DNA of 64,000 nt from positions 192,070 through 256,069 of the forward strand of contig NMRA01000432.1 in the NCBI GenBank assembly GCA_002633005.1, given 5' to 3'. Source of the DNA: Phoronis australis (taxonomy: Eukaryota; Animalia; Phoronida). This document shows, piece by piece, positions 50,871 to 64,000 of this stretch (position 1 is the first letter of the stretch; the number at the start of each line of letters is the position of its first letter). Below the pieces are notes generated by a model that searched no databases, was not told the DNA's origin, and saw nothing but the letters and a program-made list of their open reading frames with translations. The translations under genes were made by a program, and so were the position numbers.

Positions 50871-53559
50871 TGTTCCATACAGTATTGACAAATGTTGCTG
50901 TCAATAATAACACCCGTGGCTTTTAATATTGGTGAATTTTTTCAAATATTTTTTCTGATGTTGTTAGTGGTTAATTTCAATTTTTATTCCAAGATATGCT
51001 TGACTCTATTTAAAAACTAGTGCCTTGCTAGATCTTGCGACACTTCGCCGACCCTGTCATCACAAGCCAGTAACTTTCATGTTGGATTAAGTGAGTCAAC
51101 ATGTCTTTTCCCAAAAACAGTCTTGTGCCAATGGGGTATGGCACTTAGGCCTACTGGTATGTCTAGTCACCATATTTGCTTTGGCACCAAACAAATTGCT
51201 CATTTCTGTTGTGTGTTTGATTTCATCTGTCCAGGACAATATTGAACACTGTAGGGTCCTCACATGAGATGTTAATTTATTCATTCTTTACTGTTTTCAT
51301 TCATGCCAGTGCATAAAGAACTTGTAGAAATATTTATATTTCAACCCGAAACCTAATTGTCTTTTTAGTTTGATTCTGATATTTCAGCATTCCCAATGAG
51401 ATAGATTGTTTTCAGAAGTGGGTGTGTCTCTGTTTCCATAAAATACTGGTAGGGACAACTCAATCCCATGTTCTTTTAATTTCATGGGTGACCTTCAGAA
51501 TTATTAACCTTTTTAGCGAATCGACTAGAGAACAACTTTGGATGTAAACTCACGAGTTTGTTTTAGGATTACTTTAATGTCTTTAGTTGGTCCAACTGTA
51601 AAACGGCTCTCAGTGTTGCAATGTTTGCCTAATGCTAGGTTCAAGATTTTCCTCGTGTTTTTGCCTCTATGTATTTGCTAAGAAGACTGATGAGCTGGAA
51701 TGATCACCAAAACTACATGGTGGTCCAAACCTTAGTGTTACTGATTTAATCACTGAATACTGTTAAGCATATTGAAATGCTGTCACTCCCTGTTGTCTTG
51801 TAAATGGTTAGGATTTCCTTGGTAGAAATTCCTGACTGAATAACCCCACTGCTAAGATGTTGACCTAAGTGAGTTGCCAAGTATTTACAGGCGTAGGGCT
51901 GTATCACAATCAGTGGCCATTATGCTTAGATGGAGTCTTGAAAACATGCTTTCTTGGTTTCACAACCAGATGGATAATATTTTGGCTGATATTGTGTATT
52001 CATTGTTGATATGATTCTGTAATTTATACAGACAAAGATAATCTTTGCAAACAAAAAATTGCTTGTTTTAACTTAATTGATTAACTTACTGTTGTCAAAT
52101 TGCTGTTGTTCAACTCAAGCATTAGAAATAACTGATTATTGCTTCAACAATGGCATTTTATTTTTGATAGCACTTTCAGTAGCAGCAAAGTCACCCATGA
52201 TGGAAATGGTTGCTAGGGTGAATGTTGGTGATGCGTTGAGGTACTGCTGCTGTTTTTATGAGATTTTGTTACTAGGTTACTCACATTCAAAGGACACACA
52301 AGAGGAAGAAAAGACCTGGTTGTTTGTTATTGTCTCAATCAAATGAATTTCAGTGTTTACCACAACTAAAAAACCCAAGTGTGTGAACACTAACCCATGT
52401 GTCATAATTGTGCAGTGGTTGATGGAGCTTTGTTGTGCTGTACAAGTGCACGTAAAGCAGAAAATATATTGTTTAGGATACCAATGCCTTTCCCCAAGTT
52501 AGTCTTAGTCATCATTTTTTTAACAGGTTGTGAACAAATTGTGGCTTGAACTGACAAAGATGAAAAGCATGTTATGGCAGCACGCTAAGTGGGTCGCGGA
52601 AAACACTATTGCAGAAATTGAATGTATTGTAATTCCAATTCTTTTTTAATGTGATGAGCGAAGAAGCAAGCCATGGCTGTCTTGTGGACATCAGATTGTG
52701 TTTTGACCACTTGTGCCAAACTTGTGATTTCACTTAAAGATTTTTGACTTGTCTGCCAATCTGCTGTTTGTAGGGCGGAACTGTGTTTGTTCAATATGTT
52801 TGCAGAAATGCTCACTAAAAATCCATTCCACCTACAATCCATCCAGAAACCTGTTTTGCCATTGCATGGAATCCTTGAATCCTGGTGTGTTATATACATT
52901 GAAAATAACCTGTTATAAATTGTAGCCTTTATGGGTGAGATAAAGATGTCAAGTTGTGGGTTGGTTTACTATCACGTTATCATTGCTTGTGCTTGGCTGT
53001 AGCCAGTATTAAAGTAGTGACATTCTCAAGTGAAAGGGTTCAGAGGAAGTACCTGTTGGTATAACACAACTGTAAATCAGGGCTGCCAACCCAGTAACAG
53101 CATAATCTGTAACCTTCGTGTTAAAATCCGTATTTTGCAATGAAAACTTGTAAGATTTCCAGTATCTTCAGAAAGTTTAAATTTCAATTGCACGAATGTT
53201 TGATACATTTACCAAAACAACAGTTTTCAATTTCAAACTGTGCTTAACTATGAAAGTAACATCACAAGAGAAGTCTGTTCATAACATCAATGTTTTTCGG
53301 CGTTTTCTGTTGAGCTGATTTTTACTCACACTACCACGGCACCACAAATCTGGATATCTCGCAATTCCTTGGGCATATTCCTGGACCGTGCCTTTGCGCC
53401 ATTAGCACTTAAAAAATAAAAAGGTGCCTCCGGGTGTATCTTTTAAAATGCAACACTCTTACAAAAATGCAGGATTCTAGTCAACTTATAGCCAGTGAAG
53501 GAAAACACGAATGTTCTTATTTCGATTGCCCTTAGGGTTTCTGTTTCATATCTTACCAC

Positions 53560-55200
53560 TTTGATTGCACTAATTCTGGTGGGCACAACTTTTTGAAAAA
53601 AGTTCATTTTTTATCATCAGGTGAGCCCAAAGGGCACAGGTTCAAATCTGGTCAGGAATATCCCCGATTCCTCCGATCCATTCCGATGTTGTAGGCACCA
53701 GGTTTCTGAGTATTGAAGTCAGCGTGACAAGACGCAGTGAATTCCTTTTCTTGAAATTTCAATCTCATCAGCTTAACATGATTTTCAAAGCGTTCGATGT
53801 CGCAGAATGCAAAACCCAAGTAAGCACATTTACAGTATCACCAGTCATTAAGTCAGTCCTTCAAAAAGTAGTTGTAATTGACCTATCGCCATTGGGATAT
53901 TTCTTATGCAAATTCATTATACCGTACACTAATACTCAAGTTACGTCCTTTTGGTCAGATCTTTTGTTTTCAACTGTTTCCATCACTCGATCTTCACTGA
54001 TCTGGCCCTTCGAAAGTCTGAAAAGTTCAAAGGTTATTTTTTAACTTTTGAAGAGAAATAAATGCTCAGTCAGAATAAGAATTAGAAACGTTTATTTTAT
54101 ACAGGTCTTGGCCTCATAATGCAGTTTACATTACAACTTTACAATGATAACACGCTCTTGGGCACTGTTGCTCTTGAAGTATATAACGCCAGGCTTTTTA
54201 GTTCATAAAAATCATGGCTTTGAAATAATCTAACTACTCTGGCATCACCTGTTATATTCGTCAGCAAATTTCGGCGCGCATCACCAAGGACATGGCAGTG
54301 ACACATAATATGAGTCTCGTTTTCAATTTGACCAGTAATTCCCAAAGTCGGTAACATTTGAAAATCTTGTAGGTCTTCAAGGTATGTAGGATATGGATAA
54401 ATCTGTGGGGAACAGTTTCCTTTGACAATTTCCCTCATGTTTGATTAACACATTTTGCTGGTGATCATTGTTTGCAAGAGGATCAAACACATTAATGCAT
54501 TCCGCACCAATTCTTTAGTTGAAGTCAAGAAAATCTCCCACTTTTCAGTTTGATATCAGTTTAATTCAACAAGGAGTTCCTTATCTTGTTCTTTTTATTC
54601 TCTATCTTTGAGAAATTTACAAAATATGCAAAACTATGCTGAAGTGCAAGAACAATTTCGTCTTTTATCATATACAGTATAAAACAATTTTCTTCCTGGG
54701 CAGGAAGGGTGTATCACTCTTCCCAACGCCTGAAGGGGGTAAACAACATTTTCCTTTTTGAGGTTAAGTTCACAAAAAAATTCAGATTCTCAGTTATCTT
54801 AGAAATTCTTTTTTTCATCAATAATTGCTGTTCCCCTGGAATGTTTAAACTGTTCATGAATTTAACAAGCAGAAAGTGACATAAACGGCCTGGTTCCGCT
54901 TTCATTTCAACTGAGGTCATTTGTGTTTGCTCATTGAAATTAAATTCAGAACTTGGATACGGATTTTTTGTGGGTCTTCTTATATAAAAATTGTTATTTT
55001 TCTCTTTAAATCTGGTCCCTAATTTTTGAAATCCTAGATTGTTCCTGGCGGGGAGGAGAACTGGGCTGAGGTCTGTAGACACAAGAATTGTGATCTCATG
55101 AAGCAAAATAGTGTGATCAGGTATTTCTCTTGTAGTGCAAAGCAATATCTCGCGAAGTCTTGTGTGATCTTGCATGTCTGTGGAAGGCATGCCAGTTTAC
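53560..55200 (-). pseudogene. Possible highly decayed Gypsy-type gag-pol remnant
   Basis: FEPVPFGLT at ~53645-53620 resembles RT motif YxFxxMPFGL; broken minus-strand ORFs upstream; weak. Confidence 0.3.
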
Positions 55201-58200
55201 TTTCAGTTGGGAATACTGGTAAACCTTTGTGACAACACTGACTAGTCAGGTCAATATTTAGAATACAGATATATTATACATCATCGGATTTGAACAGTTG
55301 ATGTAAAACAAAATTTTACACAACTTTATCTGATTAGCAAAGTGTGGGTCCCTGTTCCCTCTTGTAGTGTTGTTCCATGGTAGTACTGTTGTATTCATCA
55401 CAATATACCATAGCCATTTCAGTTGAGGCTAATCTCTTGAACTAACCATTATGACCCAACGATAGCTAGGGTTACACCAGAACTGTTCCACCTTTCTCTG
55501 TACAATAACCCAGTAAACAAGACATTACTTTCTGTTATGGTCACTGTACTTATGACATGACCAGCTTATGAAAGCACAAACATTGTCCCCACAAGACCTG
55601 ACTTGCTGCCCTTTTTTGACATTTTTGTGGGATCGCCAGGAAAATACACAATTGTTGTATTGATAACCATTTCCTGGTTTTGATGGCTTTTGCTTATCTC
55701 ATAATTGAATTTAGTAATTATTTTGTGTTTGTTTTTATGATGAATCCTATTATTGATGCAAGCATTTCAATTTGAATTGAGTGGGTGCACATTTACTACC
55801 GTCAGTTCTGTCCAGACTATGGTACATGTGCATATTTAGACCTATTCGCTTGTACTATGAAGGTATACTTGTATCCTGAATTAGGTGCACATGTGAGACA
55901 GTGGTAAGTTTGGTAAATGTGTGACTATCGCATAGACAACAGCACCTGCCCTGTTTCAGATGGATTCGATCAACAATGCACATCCTAGTAGGCTTGTATT
56001 GTTTTTGTGTATTTTGTCTTCTTCCCTCCTATCCTCCAAACTGATATGAAAGGTGGCAGTTGTGTCCCTACTGGGGAGAGCATTTCTCTCTTGCTTTGCA
56101 CCCTCTAGAAGCTGTTTTCCAGCATTGCTGCCTTCAGTGGGAGTATTTAAAATTATAGTGATGATGATCTCATGCATCCGTGCTGTATTCAATGCAGATG
56201 GTGGGTGCATAACAACGCCCTGCGCTGCTCTTGAAACTTTTGTAGTTATTGTGACATCAGTGGATATTGTCGTTATAAAAGGAATTACTTTCTTGAAATG
56301 GGACCCACTGTATGCTTGCTCAATGTTTCTTCCTGAACAGTGTGAAAGGATAATGATACTGACTGCACAGTTTGGTGGCATGTTAACTATTGCAGCAGTA
56401 ACTGTGCTAATTGACTGAATTGCTTGCCAATTAGCGTTCAAGCTGTCCTCTCAAAATAACTTTGGAAAGTGTTAGTCTTGTTGCTGGCTGTCTAACCACA
56501 GCCTTGGATATTTTGAACATGTTTTTCCAAACTGCTGCAGTTTTATTGATTTCGCGTTTGCGGCTGTATGTCTGCAAACCTGATTAATTACTGGTAGTCT
56601 GTGTGCTATACTCAGTGTTGCATGTACTCTGATTAATTACTGGTAGTCTGTGTGCTATACTCAGTGTTGCATGTACTCTCATCTAATATCAGTTGCCTCT
56701 AATGAATTGTCTTCCATGTTTGCCACAGTAATCTTGTGTTTCATAACTTGACTTTCATTAGCGAGACCTACCATTCTTGGAAAATTTTCAGTTTCATTTC
56801 AAACAATTTAATAAATCGGTTTATTTGAAAAATAGATGATGTGAGATTTCACTTGCACATTACTGGTTAGGTGATAAAATAATGCAAGGCCAAAATAACG
56901 TATTTATTCCTGTTCTGTGTTCTTTCTGAAACTGATCAATTGATGCAGTGATGTGCGGGGTTCTCTCCTGTTGCAAGTGAGGGCACGTGTACCTGAAGTA
57001 AGAGATTCACTGATTTTGGTATCCAAATGCATACATTTTCACTGATTAAGGTATAGAAATGGGTCATTTGTTTAAGTTAAGTGTGGCAATGGGCGTAACA
57101 TAATAGTTTTGGTGTTTGTTGAGTCTTTCATACTAACGTTGACGTGTTGATGTTTTGGGGAGTTGTGGCCGGTATGAACGCTTAATTTCGATCAGTTAAT
57201 TTCACAGTAAAGATGGATTTAAGAGCGGAGCGTCAACGCTGCGGTGCTGTATTAACGGTCAACTTCGGTCCCATCGAAGTTATCGCCAGGTGCCATTGTT
57301 ATTGTCAACAAGTGCAGGGTAGTGCCGTCGCTAATAGTTGCTTATGTACTAGTAATTACCAATCAATTTAAAATTAAGTTTTATGTCAATTACCACCTGT
57401 AAATGTATCCAAATTGTCACATTAAAAAATCTTAGCTTGCAACCTTGCGATTACTTCGATGATAACATTGTCACCTACCGATCACTTTGAAGTCAGTTAA
57501 CTACCAAAGCCAGTGTGAACAGTTTACTTAACTTCGCAGTTTACGTCGACGCTTCGCTCAGTCCGGCGTTAAGTCGGTATGAAAAGGCCTAATATGGTGG
57601 GCTTTTTTACAATTCCTAGGAATATGCATGGGTCATCTTTTGATCTCATGGAAGCACACTTATTCCCATTTTTTTCTGAAAAACTGCCATTGGAGTGATG
57701 TTCAAAAAAGAAACTCACCTAAAGCCACTTGAAAGCAGTTGTGGTCCTTCAATTCTTTTACCCATGTCACCTGATGCCCTGTTGAAATGAATCACGATTC
57801 TTTTTTTCTATCTAGTGCCACTTATCAGCTTACATCCCGTCTACACAAAGACTTACCCAGAACAATTTGTGCTAGAGCATCTTTGCCTGCTTTAAGCGCA
57901 GCGCCAGGGACTCATCTAGCAGCCGTCCTGGCCATCCTTGGGACGGCCCTTTTAAAAAAATGATGGCTTTGGACGCTGCTTCAGCTCCCATACAAACATA
58001 TCCGATAACTAGCGTAAGGTGGAAGTTGTCAATCTGTGCATGACAATGAACAGCTGATGCAACTACAACACGAAGTTACTCTTACCTTGCCCCAGGTTTG
58101 CAGCCACACAGTGATTAGAAGTGTTACAAGTCACCACAGAACAAGTTACCCTACCTTGATATGGTGGAGAAAGTTGTCACAAGTGGGGCCAGTTGCACTA

Positions 58201-59229
58201 GTCTAAACTGCATCTGTACAGCCCCCAAACCTAGCAACAACCCTTCCAGGATTACGTATGTACGTAACTTGTTGTAGGGCAAGTCTGTCTGTGGACATCA
58301 CTTTAGCGGCGCAGGTTCAGACCAGGACCAAATTCTATTTTTAAGCCTCAAGGAATGATTTGAGGAGTTCTATGGTGATGTTGTTTTGATTGAACTTTAT
58401 TTCATCAGTTGAATACTTATCAGTATTGCGTGTTGTGCCATTGTGTTTGCAAATTGGTACCAAGATGTTCGCACTGCAGATGTCCTAAGTCACTTATGGC
58501 TTAAAAACATTCTCCCATTATGGCTACTGCCATATGTCGAAGAACCTCCTCCATTGCACGCTGGAGTTTTCTCTAGGCATGCGCATCTTTAGATAAGTCC
58601 AGTGGGCATAGATGAGGAATATTTTTTACAGGTATCCGATTCCGATATGACCATGGCATACATCTGCAAAAACATGGATAAGTGAATCATGGAACTCTGT
58701 TCTCAATTTCACAGGAAATAGATATCAGAACTGTGACGCCTAAAGTTAACTCCTTTCTACCTGAAGCTGCATGCCGACAACAGAATTGAAAATTCGTCAA
58801 TTCCAAATTTACTACAATATTGATGTATGTCAGTTTACAGTTATGTTGGCCACTTCCAAATATACACGCAAGTGCATATTTGGATTTGACATTGAGCCTT
58901 TAAATTCATATTTTCCGAATTTTGTACCTAGTCTGCTGAAAAAACCAGTATAATTCCATTGAGTTTTTTGCTGCGATGCGTTTATTGACTTAGTACACTA
59001 AGTTTGCTAGATCATGTTGTTCAAAACTCTAACAGGAATTTTCATTGCACTTTTGAAAATAAGTTACAGGGTATCCAACCTTGATGAATGACAGTTTGAA
59101 TTCTGTTTTTAATTTGGGTACTTAACTCAGTATGGTTTCTGTCAAGTGGTCCTTTTCACATTCCTGCTATTCTGAACAAGTGGAATGAAATTGTGGATGA
59201 GTTGTCAATGTGCTTCGGGACAAAAGCTG

Positions 59230-59560
59230 TTGAAATTGTCCTGGTGAGGATCTTTATGAACAGTCTGTTGAGACAGAGACTCCTGTTGGTGATTCTGGTT
59301 ACTGCTTGCATTAGTTATGCAATGATTGATCACTCTTTGTCTTGTCCTGTTTGCAAGGAGTCTGCTTTAATTATTCAACATTTAATGGCATTCTGTGCAA
59401 AAAATGTGTTTGATGTTATGAAGGATCTTGTTTCATTAAACAGTAATCTGCTGATTATGTCAAGACCGTTGATATTTAGATTCTGTGGCAGCAGTACATG
59501 CCTCTCAGATGTTAGCAAAGAATGATATTCAGTTATAAGTATCCATGACATACTGAACTC
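59230..59560 (-). pseudogene. Possible decayed non-LTR reverse transcriptase fragment
   Basis: GLDIISRLLFNET resembles the GxDxIxxxLLK motif at the start of LINE RT; weak. Confidence 0.3.
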
Positions 59561-61431
59561 TTCACGCATAGTTGCTTTTTACTTTATATTAAAAATTTAA
59601 TCCAATCTGATGCCTTCAGACTCAACTAATTTAGGTCGAGCTACTAGAATTTGAAGTTTGCTTTGTTGTTTTCTTTTGGTTGAATGAGATTTTTGGTCCT
59701 CTTTGATAAATATCAGTTACAAACTTGAATTTTCTGTTCTGACGTGAGGGCAATCTCTGACAGCCTCTGTTCTGTGCTGTGGAACAAATTTTTACAAAAG
59801 AAACTCCAATCATGCTGGCTCATGCTTAACTTTTTGCTGCAGGTTGAAGAACAAATTTTGCATGGATGTGTTTTTTTTTAAACTGTGGTCCTTATCTGTG
59901 GTTTATTCCTAAGTGCCAATCAAACAGTGACCACATTGATAAGTTAAACATTTCCACTACCATAACACTACCCTGAAGTATCAACTTGACATATACACAA
60001 CTTAACATGTGCTGTCCATGTTGTCATCTGATTAAGACTCAGTGTAATGAGAAACGCACCAAATATGTGCCAAGCCATTATCAATGTTAGAGACACTCTG
60101 ACATGTTCAAGTTTCCATATTTTTGAACTGTTTAGTGATGGCGCTTAAGGCACATGACTTGGAAAATTATGACATATTAACAGCATGTATTCCTTTACAG
60201 AAAATTCAAATTTGACAGGAATTGGAAAATTCATACATGTAAGTCCATGGCCACACCCTGGGAGGTTGCATGCTAAGTCTTGCGTTCAAATGGTGTCCAG
60301 AGTCCAAAATGTCCTAGTATGCTTCAGAAATAATTCCCAAAAGTTCAAACAAGTTGCACAGATTTTCAAACTCGTTGCAAGTAAGCCAAACTCATCCAAA
60401 CTTAATTCAAACTCGTCTGGTCTGCTGCGGCGAGTCAAAACAGATTGTGGATAATACTGATTGATAACTAACTCTTAGTGTGGAAATAAAACTTTGCTTG
60501 CACATTCTGCCAATATTGTGTGACCAAAGGTGGCGGGCTTTTTTTGTTGAAGAAAACTCGTCTCATCAGTTTTCTTTCTTTTGTCATATTGGCAGGACAT
60601 GGTTCTTGTTTCTCAAATCTAACTGTTGCCATGATGACATCATTAGTGGAAGCATGTCCTCCCTAATACAGCAGTCTCCTGTGACCTGTGGTGACCTAAC
60701 TTATCAATTGTCATCTGGTTGAGTGATTTGGTGTCATTAATTGTATGACCTCATAGACTCTGGCATAGCGACCTGTGCTCAGGAAGTCTTTACCAAGTCA
60801 TTAGGAGGTGAAAATGCTTTTGGTGGGATTGGTTTTCATCAATCATGCCATTGTCTCAAGGATTCTTGATGAAATATTTGCCAACGCTTATCTATTCTGA
60901 TTTTCTGTGCTACACATCTCTTGTGATTCATAAGGCAGACTTAGGATTTCTCTTCCATGTGGGTGTGGCGCTAAACAATGAGTTCATGTGTTACACTTGT
61001 AAGGGATAATATCCTAGTGACTTGCAAGATCTTTCCGAACCCTCACTCGAAACATTATTGGATGCATCTTTGTTTTTGTTTCCCTCATACAAGCAACTAA
61101 ACCAAAATCCAGTCATCTAGAGTCGCCGCTATCAGGAAATAACTATATGCTAGGAATTGTTCGTCAAGATCACTGGGAACACTCTACATGCAACTCTTTA
61201 GCATTGTAAGAGCACGAAACCATCATTTGCTTGATGTGAATGATGTGTCGAGATGAGAGAGACTAAGTGCAATTTCATTCAATTATGGACATTTCGAAAC
61301 GTTGAACATTTTCATGCGAGTCGTTTGATCATCTCACCACAGAATAGTGGCAGTGTGACAGCATGCTGGGCATAAAGAATTTTAATAAAAAATGTTAAGA
61401 AATGGGAGTACATTAAATCTTCGTACTTGAG

Positions 61432-61659
61432 CACAAAGCGCTAGATACCAACTATTCTTTGCCTCCTTGTGACAAGATGTGCAGTGCTCACAAAGCGCTA
61501 GATACTAACTATTCTTTGCCTCCTTGTGACAAGATGTGCAGTGCTCACAAAGCGCTAGATACTAACTATTCTTTGCCTCCTTGTGACAACATGTGCAGTG
61601 CTCACAAAGCGCTAGATACTAACTATTCTTTGCCTCCTTGTGACAAGATGTGCAGTGCT
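61432..61659. repeat. 57-bp minisatellite x4
   Basis: cacaaagcgctagatactaactattctttgcctccttgtgacaagatgtgcagtgct. Confidence 0.95.
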
Positions 61660-62718
61660 AGAAAAGTCCAATGGCAATAGCAAATGTGGAAATGACGATA
61701 AGATATTCCAGCGTGTCGCCAAATGCCGATAAAAATATCTATTAACATCAGATTTTCCCCAACAAATGTTCTTATTAGTCTTTCATGAATAAATTTACAA
61801 GATTTTACTGTTCTGTCTTGCGGATTTAAGTGTGTAGTGTGCAGGTGATCAATGACCATGCAGCACTTTATTTGGATTGCAGCTCTAACATTAATTGTCA
61901 CATGGCTCAGTAGCACTCTGCACATGCAAGCTTCACGTGTTGCAGAGGTTACATACCCGTAGCATGAGTAGAACTGCGTGCATGCAAGCTGTCAAGTTTC
62001 GAGTCATAGTGTAGTTCAGTAGTTGTTTGTTTGATGAAGTGTATGTTTGAAAAACTAATTCAGATTTTTTTGTGTTTGGGATGTTTATGTTCGAGTCTGC
62101 GACTTTACAAATTGTCATTGTAAGGTTTAAGGGTGGTTGTTTTATCTTGACCGCCTGTGACCGCTCAATGTTGCCGTTGCATAAAACATGCTGCATTTCG
62201 TCATTTGTTAAGTTGCTGTTTTGACGAACACTTTTAAATGAGTCATTGCCATGTGGCAAAACCAAGGGATATGGACTTTTTGAGCACTGACCTATTTCAA
62301 TATGTCACTGCTTTATAGTTGACCTGTTTTCACAATATAGATGTGTGCCAGAGAATACAATGAACCATTATGCTGTCATCCCTGTCCGTCCAGCGTCTGT
62401 CTGGTGTCCATTCGCCATCTGTCCAGCAATCTCTGCTGTACTTCCAAAATTGTTCATGAAATTTTGCAGCTGTGTTCCTTTTGTGCATGTTCAAATTTTC
62501 AGATTGTTCTAAATGCTGGTGTGTCACCTAGTGGCAACTTAATTTTTTCCGTTTCCTGTGTCTTAGAAATTCCCTGAAGTGCACATGAATGGGATTCATC
62601 CAGTAGATGGCGTTAGTTCATTCTTAAGCGGATCGGGATAATTGATTCCTAACTTCAGTGCAAACTGGCTGAGTATGTGCATATCTTCAAATGCTTCCAA
62701 TTTTTCCACATTCTGTTT

Positions 62719-63083
62719 CACGGGTGAGAAACAACATGACCGCCGGTCCTCTTAAATCGGACCGCCTCACCCAAAACAGGACCTCCGGGGATCAAATGGG
62801 ACCGTCGCACCAGAAAATGGGACTGACCCACCTAAAAACATGACCGCCCCACCAGAAAACAGGACCGCCAGGGACTGAACATGACCGCCGGAAATTGAAA
62901 CCGCATATTGTCCGGTGGTCATGTTCAGTCCCCGGCGGTCCTGTTTTGTGGTGGGGCGGTCATGTTTTTAGGTGCGTCAGTCCCATTTTCTGGTGTGACG
63001 ATCCCATTTGATTCCCGGAGGTCCTGTTTTGGGCGAGTCAGTCCGATTTAGAGGACCGACGGTCATGTTGTTTCTTACCCGTG
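62719..63083. mobile_element. Transib-like foldback MITE, short form
   Basis: CACGGGT...ACCCGTG termini, ~172-bp arms with a ~20-bp loop, exact 5-bp TSD TGTTT. Confidence 0.88.
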
Positions 63084-64000
63084 TGTTTGGCATCAGCAGT
63101 AGGCCTGTATGTTTATGAAGTTTCTGTGTTCGAGTATTATTCAAAATTGCTTGCCGTCTGCAACGATGAATTATAAATCTAATTTGAAATGTTCAAGACT
63201 GCTTTTCGGACACGATATATAGATATTGCCAGTTTAGTCAGAAGTGCTGATTTGTTTTCTACCTGTCTTCCATAGGGTGGGATCTGCGTACTTTCATTGT
63301 GAATCAACAATATATCATGTGTACCCGATACATCAGTCTATGAGCAGCCCTGATCCACCTGATGCACCTGTCTTGGTTTTTCCATTATTAAACTTGCTGT
63401 GGGAATGGCCTTGGGTGGCAAAGGTAAATCTCAGATGATGATGAGAGACATACAGTGGCAATGTGGCTCAGCAGTCCAGTCCTGAATAAAGGTTTCTATG
63501 GAGCCTATGGTCTAAGATGTCTAGGAGACAGAGTAATTTTATCTGTTCCCCCTGATAACCTTGCAGTTCAGTCTCTTTGGCTGTTGATGACTGTTTTCAC
63601 TCAACCTCGTGTCTTGTTGTATGAGGTGGTTGTGTGGCTACATTCCGGGGTTGTTGGGGGCCTTTTGCTGTATAGATTATTTAATTTAAACTTAACAGAT
63701 TATTCTCCAGTCCCATTCAACAAGTCATTGCTTCATAAAAAATCCCATTGTGTTCAAAATGGCTTACAGTCATGGTTTAGTCACCTCTAGTCTATATTTC
63801 ACATACCTTATTCCTAGCATTTGTTATGTTACATAACACCTCTTGGTGTTTTATATATGCCTTTCTCATAAACTTATGCATGACTAACATTCCAATCCCA
63901 GAAGGAGGCTTGTACTGTTTAGTCTACAGGAAGTTGTGTGCTGTCAGTGATTCTCTACATGAACATGAACAATGGCACACTGTTGTGTCCCTTGCTGCAC

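Noticed and set aside
53078-55220. hAT element from cagggctgccaac
   Set aside because: Right end matches poorly and no 8-bp TSD
55956-56441. Overlapping 161-aa and 121-aa ORFs
   Set aside because: No motif I can recognise; not similar to expected FMNL exon 2; probably decayed mobile DNA
61459-61680. Cys-containing repetitive ORF
   Set aside because: Translation of a 57-bp minisatellite in FMNL intron 1
63244-63790. ORFs as FMNL exon 2 or LINE endonuclease
   Set aside because: No MxLPPDK...KKW motif; only faint endonuclease-like words on the minus strand

Overview
Animal (probably invertebrate) genomic DNA, AT-rich and intron-rich, with three recognisable genes. (1) The last seven coding exons of a PIP4K2 kinase on + (78-14373; first exon upstream of the window), probably with a long 3'UTR. 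(2) A near-complete DBF4/chiffon gene on - (about 48038 to 31991) with motifs N, M and the zf-DBF zinc finger, plus a 3.5-kb terminal exon encoding about 1160 aa of low-complexity tail. (3) Exon 1 of a formin-like FMNL gene on + (48673), head-to-head with DBF4 across a ~630-bp promoter carrying a palindromic E2F pair. Introns and intergenic DNA are dense with non-autonomous transposons recognisable by termini and target-site duplications (Academ, Harbinger-, Transib-, Merlin/MULE- and ISL2EU-like), a solo-LTR-like insert and minisatellites. The most striking element is a 527-bp miniature LTR retroelement (42096-42622). Its LTRs contain a tRNA-shaped pol III unit, it has a tRNA-Ser primer-binding site and a polypurine tract, and it sits inside a Transib-like element in a DBF4 intron. 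Family assignments were made by eye from recalled motifs and need database confirmation.
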